Shown here piece by piece: positions 61,681 to 64,000 of a stretch of DNA of 64,000 nucleotides. The position numbers were made by a program, and so were the translations under genes. This DNA comes from Macrostomum lignano (Eukaryota), in assembly GCA_002269645.1 (NCBI GenBank), contig NIVC01000749.1, positions 186,001-250,000 of the forward strand. The letters run 5' to 3'. Numbering within the stretch: the first letter of the stretch is position 1; each line of letters starts with the position of its first letter. The notes beneath the pieces are model-generated. The model was not told the DNA's origin, ran no database searches, and worked only from the letters and a program-made list of their open reading frames with translations.

Positions 61681-62336
61681 TCTATTTCAGCATCAGTATA
61701 TGTGCATTGGGCGATACAAACTTTCGAATATCTCGAAAATACGCACTCGAGAAAGTGTTAAATGTATAAAACTAACTAACTAATTACGAGCTATGAAACA
61801 AATGTAAACAATAGAAATTTACACTGGAAACACGATATGCATTATGAATGTTAATGTAAAAAGCTTTATAATCTAAAATATAATATTCAATATGAATATG
61901 CATAACACAAGTTAAGTTTATTTTAAAACAAATTTGCTGAAAATGTGAAGAAAAAAATTAACGGGTCAGGATAAAAGAGACTTGCGTCAGCTGGCTGATG
62001 TCAATCAGTTCGATCTCTTTTGCGGATGGTCGGGTCAGGGAGCCGTGCAGTGCAGTTTGCCAGAATCCTGCGCAGACACCAACTGCAAATGAGGCAGGCG
62101 GTGCAAAGGAGTGCTGCTAGAGAGAGGGAGGGGTCTTCTGAATCGGAAAAGCTCTGTAGGCTTTCTGGGGTGACTCCGTGACTACTGAAAGCAGGCATAA
62201 ATAACAGAAATGTGCGCTAGGGTCGCACGTCTTGTTTGAAGCACCCTTAAACATGGCCTGAGGGGCTTTTAATTGATGCCTTAACTAATTGACCAGCGCC
62301 TCAGATGGCTGCTGCTGCTGAACTGTTTGCGGCATT

Positions 62337-63933
<1,597 letters not shown>

Positions 63934-64000
63934 GAACTAAATAACTTTATAGACAAAGCATTAAACAAGTTATGATTTCATGGACCAGCTCGTAAATCTT

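Noticed and set aside
61990-62200. Short GC-richer stretch with 60-65-codon open frames on both strands
   Set aside because: No homology recognised and no convincing splice or start context.

Overview
Eukaryotic (invertebrate-type) genomic DNA with GC-rich spliced exons and extremely repeat-rich introns. The style is reminiscent of Macrostomum-type flatworms, but that is an unverified inference. Genes I could reconstruct by hand with GT-AG junctions and consistent phases: two tandem dipeptidyl peptidase III copies (+; the 3' end of copy 1 and a complete but apparently broken copy 2), a 5-exon orphan gene (+), a Src42A/FRK-like tyrosine kinase (-, 5 exons, one 16.5 kb intron), PGAM5 (-, 3 exons) and a USP4/11/15-family deubiquitinase (-, 7 exons). 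Mobile DNA: a very young Ty3/gypsy LTR element with identical 198-bp LTRs, a 5-bp TSD and one internal stop; a dead mariner with perfect TIRs; tRNA/CORE-like SINEs; an inverted pair of hAT-like MITEs; and a Penelope-like inverted repeat carrying a minimal hammerhead-like motif. Most striking unexplained patterns: (1) every intron of PGAM5 and the USP gene is filled by its own unrelated minisatellite; (2) the DPP3 copies have ~99-100% identical exons but unrelated introns; (3) several non-coding patches whose oligonucleotide polarity looks reversed or complemented, possibly an artefact; (4) a sharply CpG-depleted domain upstream of the USP coding region. All counts are by eye and approximate; no database search was run.
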